This document shows, in pieces, positions 49,101 through 61,665 of a stretch of 64,000 nt of DNA (within the stretch, counting starts at the first letter, position 1; each line of letters starts with the position of its first letter). Origin of the DNA: Azolla caroliniana (lineage: Eukaryota; Plantae; Polypodiophyta); the NCBI GenBank assembly GCA_043228905.1, contig JBHGNT010000002.1, forward strand, positions 9,920,001 through 9,984,000. The letters run 5' to 3'. A model generated the notes under the pieces. The model worked only from the letters and a program-made list of their open reading frames with translations. It ran no database searches and was not told the origin of the DNA. Both the position numbers and the translations under genes were made by a program.

Positions 49101-51566
49101 TTCCATTGGTGATCTCTACTCGAGCTATGATCAATTTCAATTGGCCATCGATAGTAGAGACATAATGACAATGAGGATGCCGATCGGGTTGCTAAGGATG
49201 TGCACCTTACCTCAAGGTGCAACAAATTCCGTAGCCCACATGGTGAATGCCATGAACAAAGTGTTGAGTGATTGTATCCCTGATATCACAATGCACTTCT
49301 TAGAGGATATTCCAATCAAAGGATGCTTGGTGGAAGAAAAGGATGAATCGAAAGATGAAGATGGTTGCCAAAGATTCATCATCGATCATATAAAGGATAG
49401 CGAGAAGGTGTTGCAAAACCTTGAGGATGCAAATCTCACGTTTTCGGGAGAGAAGTCTGCATTCAGTCAACCAGAAATGTTGGTAGTAGGACACTTATGT
49501 GGGTCTTATGGCCGGAAGCCATCTCCATCCAAGGTGAACGCTATTCAAGAGATGAAAGAAGAATGTGTGTCTCAAATAGAGGTGCGAAGATTCTTGGGAG
49601 CATCTGCATTCTATCACATATGGATTCCACATTACACTCATGTCGCCGAACCATTGTATGGATTACTAAAGAAAAGGAAGAACTTCGAATGGGAAGATGA
49701 GCATACCTACGCGGTTCAAAAGCTAAAGAAACTATTATTGGAAGCTCTGACATTGCGAAAAGCCGACTACACCGAAGGTACCCTAATACATGTGACGGTG
49801 GATAAGAGCCCAACCGGAATTGGATGGGTGATAAACCAAGAAGACAAAGAAAAGAATCGGTATGCAATCCGATTCGGTGCAAAGGTGTTAACCGAAAGAC
49901 AAAGGAAGTTTGCCCAAGTAAAGAGAGAGCTATGGGGAATAATATCCGCTCGTGACTACCTTATCAGAACAGAGGTCATAATCGAGACTGATTGTCTGCC
50001 TATTCTTAGAATGATATCCGGTTGTGCTACACCAGATATTGCTATGTTGTGATGGATTGCCTATATCAAGTCCCTCAACCCCGAGATTCGACATATAAAT
50101 GGGAAGCATAATGTGATGGCCGATATGTTATCAAGGGCAAGGTATGAGGGTGAAGAAGATTTGCACTCCGACGAAGAAGATGTTGGCCTAAACTTCTTTA
50201 CGGTTTCTTGTGCTCGGATGCTTGCCGTGTTTAAAGTAGAAGATTATGAGGGTGAATTCGTCGAAATTGGCAAGTACTTAAGCTCTCTTACAAAGGATGA
50301 ATCATGGTCAAAGGAAGACTTCTACCGAATTAGGAAGAAGTCCTACAAGTTCTTCCTCAAAGAAGGACATCTATGGAAGTTTCCAAAGAAGAAGAATAGA
50401 ACTCCACTTCGAGTGGTGTGCAAGAAACAAGATCAACAAACACTAATCACTGAATTTCATGATAGTGTGTGGGAAGCTCATCGAGGTATATGGGCAACAT
50501 TTGCAAAGCTCAAGGAGAAGTATTGGTGGCCGAGTGTTTACAAAGATGTTGCAAGCTATGTTGAAACATGTGAGTAATGCCAATTATACTCGAATATTCA
50601 ACATAGGGATGAACTTCATCCAACATATCCATTATCAATGCACTATAAGTGGTTGGTAGACATAGTGTTTATGCCGATGGGATTGGGGCAAATGAAGTAT
50701 TCGTGCTAACAAGAGAGGATCTCACCAACCAAGTAGAAGGACAGACGCTAAGGAATAAAACAACTTCGGCGGTTTGTAAGTTTCTCCTTGAAGATGTTAT
50801 TTGTTGATACGGATGTGTTGGCAAAATAGTAGCTGATAGGGGAGAATTAGATGCGAATGAAGCTAAAGAATTCTTTTCAAGAATAGGCATCAAACTATCG
50901 CTCACCCGGACGCAAAATGGGAAGGTGGAATGAGGACATAGTTCGATTGTAAAAGCTCTAGCAAAGGTTTGCGACGACAAGATGGGGAATTGGCCACGAT
51001 TACTACCTTATGCATTGTGGGCTGACAGAACTACACATAGCACGAGTACAGGATATATCCCAGCTGAACTCATATTAGGGCAAAAACCAATAATGCCTAT
51101 CGAGCAAAGTGTTGCTTCGTGGACATCTTTGCCATGGTAAGAGGAAATGAGTCGGGAAGATTTGCTAGCCACGAGGATTCAACAACTAGAACAGAGGCCT
51201 GAAGATGTCGAGTTGGCAATAGAACGGTTGCGTGAAGCTCGACTGAAGAACAAGGAGAATTTTGATAGAAAGCATCGTCTTCGACAAAGAAAAATTGAAG
51301 AAGGAGATTGGGTTCTTGTCTATGATAGTAGTCTCGATAATCAATATAGCACTGCTCGAAAGTTCGCAAAACGATGGTTTGGTCCGTATATGGTTAAGAA
51401 AATAGGAAGCAGTGCAACCTATTTTTTAGCGGAGTTAGATGGAACTCGACTTGCTTTGCCAATTGTTGGGAAAAGAATCAAGATCTTTAAGAGAAGAGAG
51501 GCCCCAAATCTTGAGATTGAAGCTCTGGATGATATAGCCTCGAACATTGAGGTTGAAAAAGAGTAA
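46131..51566 (+). pseudogene. Element D gag-protease (to 48142) and pol, disrupted
   Basis: ALVDHGSEIN; RWFTVPKKNGSLHFIQDLQPVN; LPQGATNSV; KFAKRWFGPY. Confidence 0.9.
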
Positions 51567-54500
51567 TTAAAAGAGGAACCTCACCACATTTGGCACATAC
51601 CGCTGGATGTGCAGGTTTGGTGGGGGTGATTGTCGTGTGGTTTTTCACACATGATATGAAAACTAGTAAAACAATTATTTAAGATTAGCTTAATGTCTTC
51701 ATATAGATAAATGTCATGTGTTTTTTCACACACGATATGAAAACTAGTAAAAAAATTATTTAAGATTAGCTTAATGTATTCATATAAATAGATGTCTTTA
51801 AGAGCTCCATTGCGTATTTTACTATGTATGAAACAGATAAACAAGTATCAAGTTATGTGAGTGTGAAGTTTGAAGAAGAAGAAAGAAAAGACAAAACTGT
51901 GAGATATCCCACATAGATAGGAAAACATTGGAACCCAGGATATATAAGGGAAACCAAAACATATTCATTCTATTAATGTGTGGAGCACAGAATGTACGAT
52001 TGTGTTAACGCTTCGGGCGTACGCGTGTACACCTGAATGCACGACCATGTTAACGCTCCGGGTGTACGCACGTATGCACGGTCGTGTTAACGCTTTGGGT
52101 GTACGCTGTATGCACGACCGTGTTAACGCGTGAATGCGTGCACGACCGCGTGGGTGTTTTAGATGGACGCGTGTGTGCGGACGAGCGCGCGTATGCGTAC
52201 ATGGCGCGGTCGGACATGTGCATGCGTGGATGCGTACACTGCGCGGTCGGGACTTTTGCACGCGGACGCGTCTATGGTTTGGTTGCGACGCACGTATGAA
52301 TTGTGCAAGGGCTAAACTTTATAGATGATTGGGTCATTTGGCCAAATTATACGGACGATCGCATGCAACTAAAAGCCAAGGTCATGCAACTAAAAGTAAA
52401 AGTCATGCAACTAAAAATGGAAGCATGCAACTTAAAATAGAGGCCATGCAACTAAAAGTGGACTTGCAAAGTAACATTGGGAAGGAGGATCAGCAAAGAG
52501 CTGAATATATGTTCCATTTTTTTCGCTCTTCCTTCTTCTTCTCTCTCCCATTTCCTTGGGGAACAAATTATCTCTCCGATTGATATCAAACTCTTGGCTT
52601 GGCTTGCTCAATCTTTCTTGTCAAAAATTATCTCTCATATTCATATTGGACCACTCCTTACAGGGTTGTTGGCTCCTTTCTTTAAAAAAATTTATCTCTC
52701 ATTTTCATCTCCAACCCGTTGTAACAAGATTCTTGAATTATAAAAGAATCTATTTTCCTATGCTATAAACGAACGTTTTCTCTCATTTACTCGTCTTATA
52801 TGTGAATTTTGCTTGTGTTGTACGTGTTGCACTAAATCCTTCTAGTCCAGAACCCCGACGGTTCCGCCTCGCGGTCCGCACATAGTGACGAATTTTCACG
52901 ACAACACTTCCAGAATTTGCGGCGGAAATTTGAATAGGGCCGATAAAGGACGGGGCTCGGGAGACATTTTTGGCAGCCTTACGGTGACCGATACGGACGA
53001 CATTCAACAACAATAGTGTGAAAGGAGAAACAACTGATATGGTCATCGAACGAGCGTTGCAGCTTAAGGTGGACGAAGAAGAGGAGAGGTTTTCTATGTC
53101 TTCATTACGACAAGCGTTACCTCAGGACGAGGAACGACATTTTCGCCAGGCCATCAAGTGTACGATTTGCCTCAATTCTGGACATTCCGCAGTGGAATGT
53201 AACATGCGAATCCACTGCCCAATCTGTCACTTGAAAGCACACACAATCGAGCAGTGTGAGTACAATATGTTGAATAGACCCACGCCCACAATATGAAGCA
53301 TAGAAACACAATGACCACCTCGTCGTAATGATCAAAGGCGCCAAGAAGAACAACCCCAGAATACGGATCTAAATCCACGCGATGACCGGCACTACCGGAA
53401 TCAGCGGAATAACAACGATTCAGAGGAAGAAGAACCGGAGGACGAAGACTACCAGGGCAACCATAGATATAATAAAGGAGGACGACGTTACGAAAACTAC
53501 CGTCCGGCGAACAAACGTGGTGGCTTCAATGGGCCTCACGGGAAAGATCGACAGTAAAGGGACCAACAACATTACGACGAAAGTTCGGACAATGACAGAC
53601 ACCAGGGGCCGCGCCGAGACCCACAACAATCACCGCGGACTTTTAGAAGAATGAACCAAGACCGGGAGGAGCAAGTCACACCTGGGGTTAGGAACATGCC
53701 AGCAGCTGCTGAGAAAGGTGAATCCAGCGTCCATTGTTTCGTTTGCCAACAACCTGGACATTATGCCACTCAATGTCCACTCCGGAAGGGAAAGGGCCCC
53801 GCTGTCAATACGATTATGGAGGATGTTCAACAAGTTACGACAAGATAGCAAACGAAAAATGCTGATTGGGCCGCGCAAGATGAGATACGTCAGACGGCCC
53901 AAGCATGGGTCGAAAAATCGAACTCGGCCAATAAGGAATGCATGCGGCAGGAGTCCGCGAACAATGTTGAGCCATTGGAGGAAGACGTAATATCTCCGGA
54001 TCCCATATGGCAAGCACTGGCAGGCTGTGAAATAACACTGACCATGGAGAAGCTTCTTCAACTAGTTCCACAGTTCCGCCAAGCCATAGAGGATCGCATA
54101 ACGGGCAGACCTGGGGTAAGCGTCTCCACCAACTTTACGGACACCAGCGCCGGACCAACGGTGGTGGATCACCACAATCCAACTATTAAGTTGGTATTAC
54201 ACGGTAAGGAAATTACAAGATGCGTAATTGACGGAGGCTCTAGCGTCAATGTAATTAGCGCGAAGACATGCGAACAATTGGGAATTTCAGAATGGGAATC
54301 TTGCCCATTTTGGCTTTGCATGGCGGATACCCGTTCAGTAAGGCCTTTAGGCTTAATCCGGAAATTAGGCATCATCATCGGCGGACATCGCTTCAACATC
54401 TCGGCGGTAGTCCTCGCCCTCAATGCCCTAGGACCGTATCCTTGCTGCTTGGTAGACCTTGGCTTCGTTCGACGAATATCAAACAAAGCTGGCAATATAA

Positions 54501-55251
54501 GTGCATCAGTTTTCGACATGGACGCACAAAGGTTTGGGTACCCACAGAGGAAATGGCGGCACAACCCAAGGGGATAACACCGTTATACGCGGAATATATA
54601 AATATGCTGGATGGGGTGGATGATATAGAATTAGAAGCATACCTCGACGAGCACCCCCGAATCATTCCGCTATTCGAAATCGACGTAATAGAAACTGCGG
54701 CGGATTACGCCACACCTACTGCGCTCTACGATGAGGCTTATGAACCATACCTAGAGTCGATATTAGAATTAAGCAGAGCATGGGCGGTGTTCGAGAGGGA
54801 AATGGAAATTTCACGACGAGTCGCTGCCTCAACCCTAGAAGAAGTGAATGTAGGTACGACGTTAGACCCCCGATTCCTCTCCATTGCAAAAGAGTTACTA
54901 CCGAATCAGAGAGAGGCGATGATAGCACTACTTAGGAAGTATAAAGATGTGTTCGCTTGGTCCCACGAGGACATGAAGGGATTAGATCTGAAGTTCTATC
55001 AACATAAGATCAATTTAGCAACTGATGCGAAACCAGTCCAACAACGTCGATACCGCTGTCGTGAAGATCCGTCACTATGCACGGATCGTGAGGCGGAACC
55101 GACGGGGTTCTGAACCGGAAGGTATCGAAGTACGCACAAGCTTTAGCGAGAAAGTATTTAAGATCCTTCCGGTCCAGAACCCTGGTGGTTCCGCCTCAAG
55201 ATCCGTGCATAGTGACGGATCTTCACGACATAATTAAGTGGTGAACCCGAC

Positions 55252-57241
55252 GTGAAAGAGGCGGCAGGAAGGATCAAATCGAGGATCGATCGATACTTGG
55301 AGATGGCGTCCTCAAGCAATCAAGCGGGAGAGTTGGGAAGGATGATGTTGATCGTCGAACAAATGATGAGATCTCGAGACAATGATGCGAGCGTGGGAAA
55401 GGCCGTCGACCGTGTCGTTGAGCTCGAGGGTCAATTTGACAGAAGGAACATTACGGAGTTCCTTGATGCATACAGAAGGGAGATGAATCAGAGGGACGTG
55501 TTCGAAGCACGTCAAATCACAAGTTTCAAGAGAGTGGTCGCCAACAACGTCCAAAGGCGCGTCGTCGAGCTTCAAGAAGGGAAGACAACATGGTCCGGGT
55601 TCGAGAAAGTGATACTAGCAGAGTTTGCAATGAAAGATTTGTCGAGGATGACTCAGCATGCTTTGATGAAGTGGATAGAAAAGAAAAATAAGAAGATGAG
55701 CACCTCGATGGTGTACGACGAGTTCGACCAAATGTTTAGTCGTCTCCCCAACACGGACCAAGTGCTGCTTGAGGAGGACAAGACTTTGTACTTCTTGAAA
55801 GCCGTGGACATGAAGGATAGATGAGAGTTGGGGACTCTCCTCGAAGATGATACCCAAGCAAATGGCCTTGTGGCGGACTGGGTTGCGGTGAAGCAAGCAT
55901 GCAACAAGATTGACAGGCGTCATCGATGGCTCCATGATATTGACTTGGTAAGACGAAGCGTAGAAAAAGCAAAACCATCTAAAGAAGTTGAGACGCTTAA
56001 ACAACGCATCCAACATGAAAAGAAGATTGATGATGACTCGAGGACGATGACAGCCATTTCAAAGGAGGTCGAATGTTTCAGAACATGCGTCATGTTCGAA
56101 ACAACAGATGATGGAAGAAGCCAAATCGAAGCTTGCATCAATGGAGCCGGAGGTCGAAACGAATACATGCGACGAAGAGAGAAGCATGATCGAAGCATGT
56201 TCGATCAAGAAGGTCAAAGGGTACGAGGCCCATGAGATTGAAGAGATAGCCACGAAAAACGACATCGAGTCGGAGATGGCTATGAACGAGTCGATGGTGG
56301 ATGGTCATGTGGAGACTTTCCCAACACTTCATCTAGAGACTTGGGCAGTTGCGTCCGAGAACCAACGTGAGACCCAAGAGACAAATGGTGGCGAAAAGGA
56401 AGAGAAGGACCAAGATAATACCGCCAATGACGACGGCCAAATTTTTTCCACACTTGTTCCAGAGACTTGGGCAATTGCAACCAAGAACCGATGTAAGACC
56501 CAAGAGACGGAAGGTGGCGGCTGGAAATCGAAGGACCGAAACAACGATGAGGAGGATGGCCACAGACGAAGGAATCCCTCCACACCGGTTCTGGAGACTT
56601 CAGCAGTTGTGCCCGAAAGCGAACATAAGACCAGAGAGATGGAAGGTGGTGGCGAGGAGACGAGGGTCGAAGCCAGCGCATACGAAGGAACGACGGCCAA
56701 AAAGGACGCCAAAAACAAAGCTACAATAGAGTTCGATGAAGAGCTAGATAGTGGCATGAAAGGAAGAACCAGAATGCAATCCGGATGGAAGATGACGTGG
56801 TTGGTATTCCGACCCGAACGGAAGCCAACCCGAACGAGAGTTGATCAACCGGGGCCGACCCAACCGAAAACCGGATGTAAACTGACCCGGACGAAAGTCG
56901 ATCGTCTGAGTCTGATTTGGCCGAATGCGAATCCGGACGAAGTCGGACCAAGCCAGAAGCTGATTGGTCGAGACAGACAGAAGATGAACCGGCCTAGATG
57001 GAGGTCGAAGCAGACGAGGTGCAACACCCGGTCGAGGCTAGTGGGCATAAGGAAAGGCAAGCATGAGACGAGAAATGATGATAAAGGAAAGTTAGGTGAC
57101 CAAGGAGATGGCCGAGATGAAGGTGGAACATTCATGAGACTTAAACAATTATCCTCAAGAAGAGAGCAAGGGGCCATGACAACAAGTCATGGTAAAGCAA
57201 AGAAAAAACGAATGATATGGTGGATTGGGTGGCAACAATGA
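55252..57241 (+). pseudogene. Element E gag-like ORF followed by ETWA-repeat region
   Basis: EMNQRDV..QITSFKRVV..FLKAVD..LEDDTQANGLVADW matches D gag; stop at 55822 and a frame change near 56050-56110. Confidence 0.8.
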
Positions 57242-57747
57242 TTCGAGTACAAAGAAATAGACATGCTCGACGTTCAGGAGTCATGCTGATCACCATTGCC
57301 GAAATCTCACATTCTCTCTTCTTAGCATGTACTAGAGGACGTGCGGTTTGGTGGGGGTGGATGTCGTGAAGATTTTCGGCAATGGTTTGAAAATCGCATA
57401 AAACATACGAAATCAAGTATGAATCATATAAAACAATAATAGTGAAAATACCATTTTAAATATGTTTAATATCTTAGTACAAAAAGATGGAGGTCTGCAA
57501 GAGCTTTCGAATGCACCTTACTACATAAGAAACAGACATCTAAGTCTCAAGTTATGTGGGTAGGAAGTTTGCAAAGGAAAAGAGAAAAATAAAACTGTGA
57601 AATATCCCACATAGAAAGGAAAAATTTAGGCCCAACTATATAAGCAGATGGTGGAGACTCTCAAACCGACTGACGATAGAACCGGAAACCGGATGGAGCC
57701 GGCAATCGGTGACCGGATGCATCCGACAACCGGTGACCGGACGGATC

Positions 57748-59377
57748 GATTCCTTTTAATAGCGTCACTATCTTCTCGTTTTTTCTTTTCTTTTGTAACG
57801 GTTACATACAATATTATTTTTACACTATAGTACAAGTAGGGCCCTATACTTACTCCACGGATTCACCGACTGTCCTGTCCGGCGGGACACGGGTTAGGTG
57901 GCGTAGGCCCCAGGTAGGGTTTCAAATGAAACCCATTCACCTTTTTTCGGAGCACCTCTCTGGCCAAGGTGCTAAGTTGAAACGTGTCGTTTTCCGCTCC
58001 AACTATCCAGTACGGGCCTGTCTAGCGGAATCTTAATTTTCCTAGCATTTGCCCCATGCGTGTTTGAAAAACTAATACCGCCTTCATGACCATAAAATCC
58101 TTTTCACACACATGCCGATGTCGGACCACAAATGCTTTGCGTCGCCACTATTCTTGTTTCAATATGGCCATACTACATACTTGAGTTACGCCTAGTTCTA
58201 GCAGTTGTTGTAGTTGTATTTGTTCAGATTTGTCCTCTAGCAACCGGTCTCGTACTTGAATCCGCATACTGGGTACCTAGAATTCGACTAACATTATGGC
58301 CTCCAGCCCAAATGCTAGCCTTAAAGGCGTGGATTGTATGTTGGTCTTATAGCCGGTTCGATATGCCCATAATGCGCTGTGCAAATTGGTATCCCAATTT
58401 GTTCTGTTCTCATTGACTATCTTTTTGAGGATAACTTGTAATGTTTTGTTCGTGGATTCGGCCAAGCCATTTGCCTGTGGGTAATACGACGTACTCTTTT
58501 TGAAGACCACGACGTAGTGTTGGGTCAGTTTGCTGATGACCGTATTCAGAAAGTGACTCCCTTGGTCACTAATGAGCTCAATAGGGCAGCCAAAATGAGA
58601 CTAGATATGTTCGTAAAGGAATTTCGTCGTGACTGTCGTGGTATTTTCGCATAGTGGTTTCGCTTCTACCCACTTGGTGTAGTAATCCGTAGCCACCAGG
58701 ATATACTTATTGCTGGTTCGGGCAGCTGCCGGGGTAAAGGGTCCCACAAAATCTAGCCCCCACTTTTGGAAAGGATCCAACAACAACACTGGTTGATGTG
58801 GCATTCGCGCGACTTCCGTGGGCTGGCCCATCTGTTGGCATAAATCACACTGTTTGCAATATTCATACGCATCCTTTTGCGTAGTCGGCCACCAAAGTCC
58901 TACTTGCTAGATTTTCTGGGCCGTAACATCGCCTGCATAATGTCCTCCCGCCGTACCACAGTGAGTTTCGCTTAAAACCGCTGCTTTCTCATCCTGCCGT
59001 ATTCCGCGCCTCCTGATGTCGTCACTGCCTTTGTGATATAGGACGTCTTCGACGAAACAGAAATTACGACTCCATACGGCCAACCGTTTTTTCTCGTCCG
59101 TCCTTAATTGTGGTGGTGGCAACCCCGTGGTCAGAAAGTAGGTCATTTCCATCAACCATCGATCCGGGAAAGTCTTTTTTGTTCTTGCTGCTAAAGTTGC
59201 TATACATAGGATGTCTGCATCTGGAAAGTCGTCATCATCTTTTTGTACCATTTCTCCATTATCTAATCTGCTCAAGAAATGAGCCACTGCGTGTTGCGTT
59301 CCTGGTCGGTGCTGAATTACAAAGTCTAATTCTTGGAGTAACAACATCCATCTAGCCAATTTTCCTGTCAGTGCCTT
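57748..59377 (-). pseudogene. Inverted copy of B-family RNase H end/integrase inside element E
   Basis: ALTGKLARW.., [23 protein letters not shown]; reverse complement closely matches 61890-63180. Confidence 0.9.
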
Positions 59378-61064
59378 GTGTATATATATGTGTGTATACA
59401 TATATATATATGTTTATTTATATATCTATCCAGTCGCCGGATGCCGGATGACTCCGGTTCACCGGATGACACCGGTTCGCTGGATGCCGCCAGTTACCGT
59501 CGGTAGCCGGATGATGCCGGTTATCGTCAGTCGCTGGATGACGTTGGTTCACCGGATGCCGCCTGTTACCATTGGTCGTTGGATGACGGAGGTTCGCCGG
59601 ATGTTGTCGGTTACCGCCGGTTGTTGGATCGCCGGTCACCGGTTCCGTCGCCAGTTTTTGGATCCGTCCGGTCACCGGTTGCCGGATGCATCCGGTTACC
59701 GATTGCCGGCTCTATCTGGTTTCTGGTTCTATCGTCAGGCGGTTTAAGTTTCTCCACCAACCGGTTGGGGCACTTAACCACATTCGGCGATTTAGCCACA
59801 TATGTCCATCTAGACAAAAGTGGCTCAAGTCCAACTATTTCTTATGTGCTCTTAACACATAGATGAATTATGATGGATCTCAATCTACTTATATAGTTGG
59901 GCCTAAACTTTTTCTTTCTATGTGGGATATTTTACAATTTTATTTTTCTCTTTTCCTTTGCAAACTTCCTACCCACATAACTTGAGACTTAGATGTTTGT
60001 TTCTTATGTAGTAAGGTGCATTCGAAAGCTCTTGCAGACCTCCATCTTTTTGTACTAAGATATTAAACATATTTAAAATAGTATTTTCACTATTATTGTT
60101 TTATATGATTCATACTTGATTTTGTATGTTTTATGCGTTTTTCACACCATTGCCGAAAATCTTCATGACATCGCATGAATCCAAATTACGCGGCTCGCGT
60201 AAAAGAGGAAATTGATAAACTTCTCAAGGCCAGATTCATTCAACCGGTCAAGCAAGCTACATGGCTAAACCCGATAGTAGTCGTACCAAAGAAAAATGGC
60301 AAAATACGTGTGTGCGTGGACTACCGGAAATTGAACGTCGTGACCATTACAGACGCGTTCCCTTTACCTTTCACCAACCACGTACTGGATGCAGTCGCAG
60401 GGCATGACATGTACAACTTTCTGGATGGATTTAGTGGGTAAAATCAAGTACACATGCACCCCGACGACCAAGAGAAGATGACGTTTGTTACGGATTGGGG
60501 AGTCTATGTCGCGGTCTTCATGATGTTCGGGCTAAAAACAACGCCAACTACATTTTAACGGACAATCACGGAGATCTTTGGGGAATATAAACCTACCTTC
60601 ATGTAGGTCTTTTTAGACGATTTTTCAATATATGGAACAACAGCCGAACATTTTACGCATCTACAACTTTGCTTGGAGCGTTGCCGAACTTCACGTTTAA
60701 GCTTGAATCCTGCCAAATGCGCCTTCGGCGTCACCAATGGGGCCCTCCTCGGCCACGTAGTCAGTAAGGAGGGGATAGTGGTCGATCCAAACAAAATCTC
60801 TGCGATTACGCACGCAAAGACGCCAACAAATGCCAAAGCACTCAACCGGTTTCTGGGACAAATACGATGGCACAATCGGATGATACGCTATTTGGCGGAT
60901 TTTGCCACACCATTACATGCCGCCATCCACCGTACTACTTTCAAATGGACAGCAACGGAAGAAAAGGCGTATGATGCGCTAAAAATAATGCTAACGTAGG
61001 CACCGGTCGTACAGTCACCAGATTGGGCGAAACCATTTCACGTGTTTGTGGATGCCTCAGATAT

Positions 61065-61665
61065 TGTTAGGAAACAGGTCCCTCCGGATGGGAAGTGAGA
61101 AGAACAGTGTTGATGAACCCGGCAACGGAAGACCCGGTGAGAACCGGATGATGAGTACCCGGCAAGGAAGACCTGGTGAGAACCGGATGTTGCAGGCCCG
61201 GTGAGAACCTCTCACCGGATGAAGGGACATATATGTAAATATGTTCTAGAGAGCCCACTAGGGTTATATTTTGTAAATAGCCGAAAGTCATATTAGTATA
61301 AATATGACCTAGGGCAAACTCAGTAGTTGTGTGTGTGTGTGTAATTTTGGTGTAACGACTGTATAGAGAGAGAGACAGAGAGAGCGATACAGAGCATGTC
61401 TCTGTTGTAACCGCCGCCAAGAGAAGATCGTGAGTAGGAGGTCGTTGCCTCTGTGCTCCCTGTTGTAATTGTTGGCATAGTGATAGTTCGGAATTTGTGG
61501 ACTCCACGTGTTTTTTTCCCAGTTCGGGTTTCCACGTTAACATCCTGTGTATTCTCTTTTCTGTTCGGGTACTTACCTCCATTCCCATTTCTTTTGTGTT
61601 CGATTGTTATCAAGTGATCTACGCTTCGGTTGTGATCAGAGATTGTTCCGCGTATTTCCCCGTCC
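61065..61665 (+). mobile_element. Copia-type solo LTR (601 bp) in B's RNase H
   Basis: TSD GATAT (61060-61064, 61666-61670); start TGTTAGGAAACAGGTCCCTCCGGATGGG matches LTR 21604; GGGTTTCCACGT.AACA.CCTGTGTA shared with the Copia LTR at ~22730-22760 (minus). Confidence 0.88.

Larger units (their letters stand above)
44742..52903 (+). mobile_element. Element D: C-lineage Gypsy inserted in B's gag; U5/PBS/gag start deleted at ~46130
   Basis: LTRs 44742-~46130 (truncated) and 51631-52903; flanks ACGT/ACAC; PPT GGTGGGGGTGA; proteins parallel element C. Confidence 0.9.
55057..60170. mobile_element. Element E: rearranged non-autonomous C-lineage element (gag + repeat ORF, no pol) inserted in B's RT
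   Basis: Ends TGTCGTGAAG / CTTCATGACA, flanks CCGC/TCGC, Trp PBS 55239-55256, PPT ~57346-57361, LTR start 57362. Confidence 0.85.
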
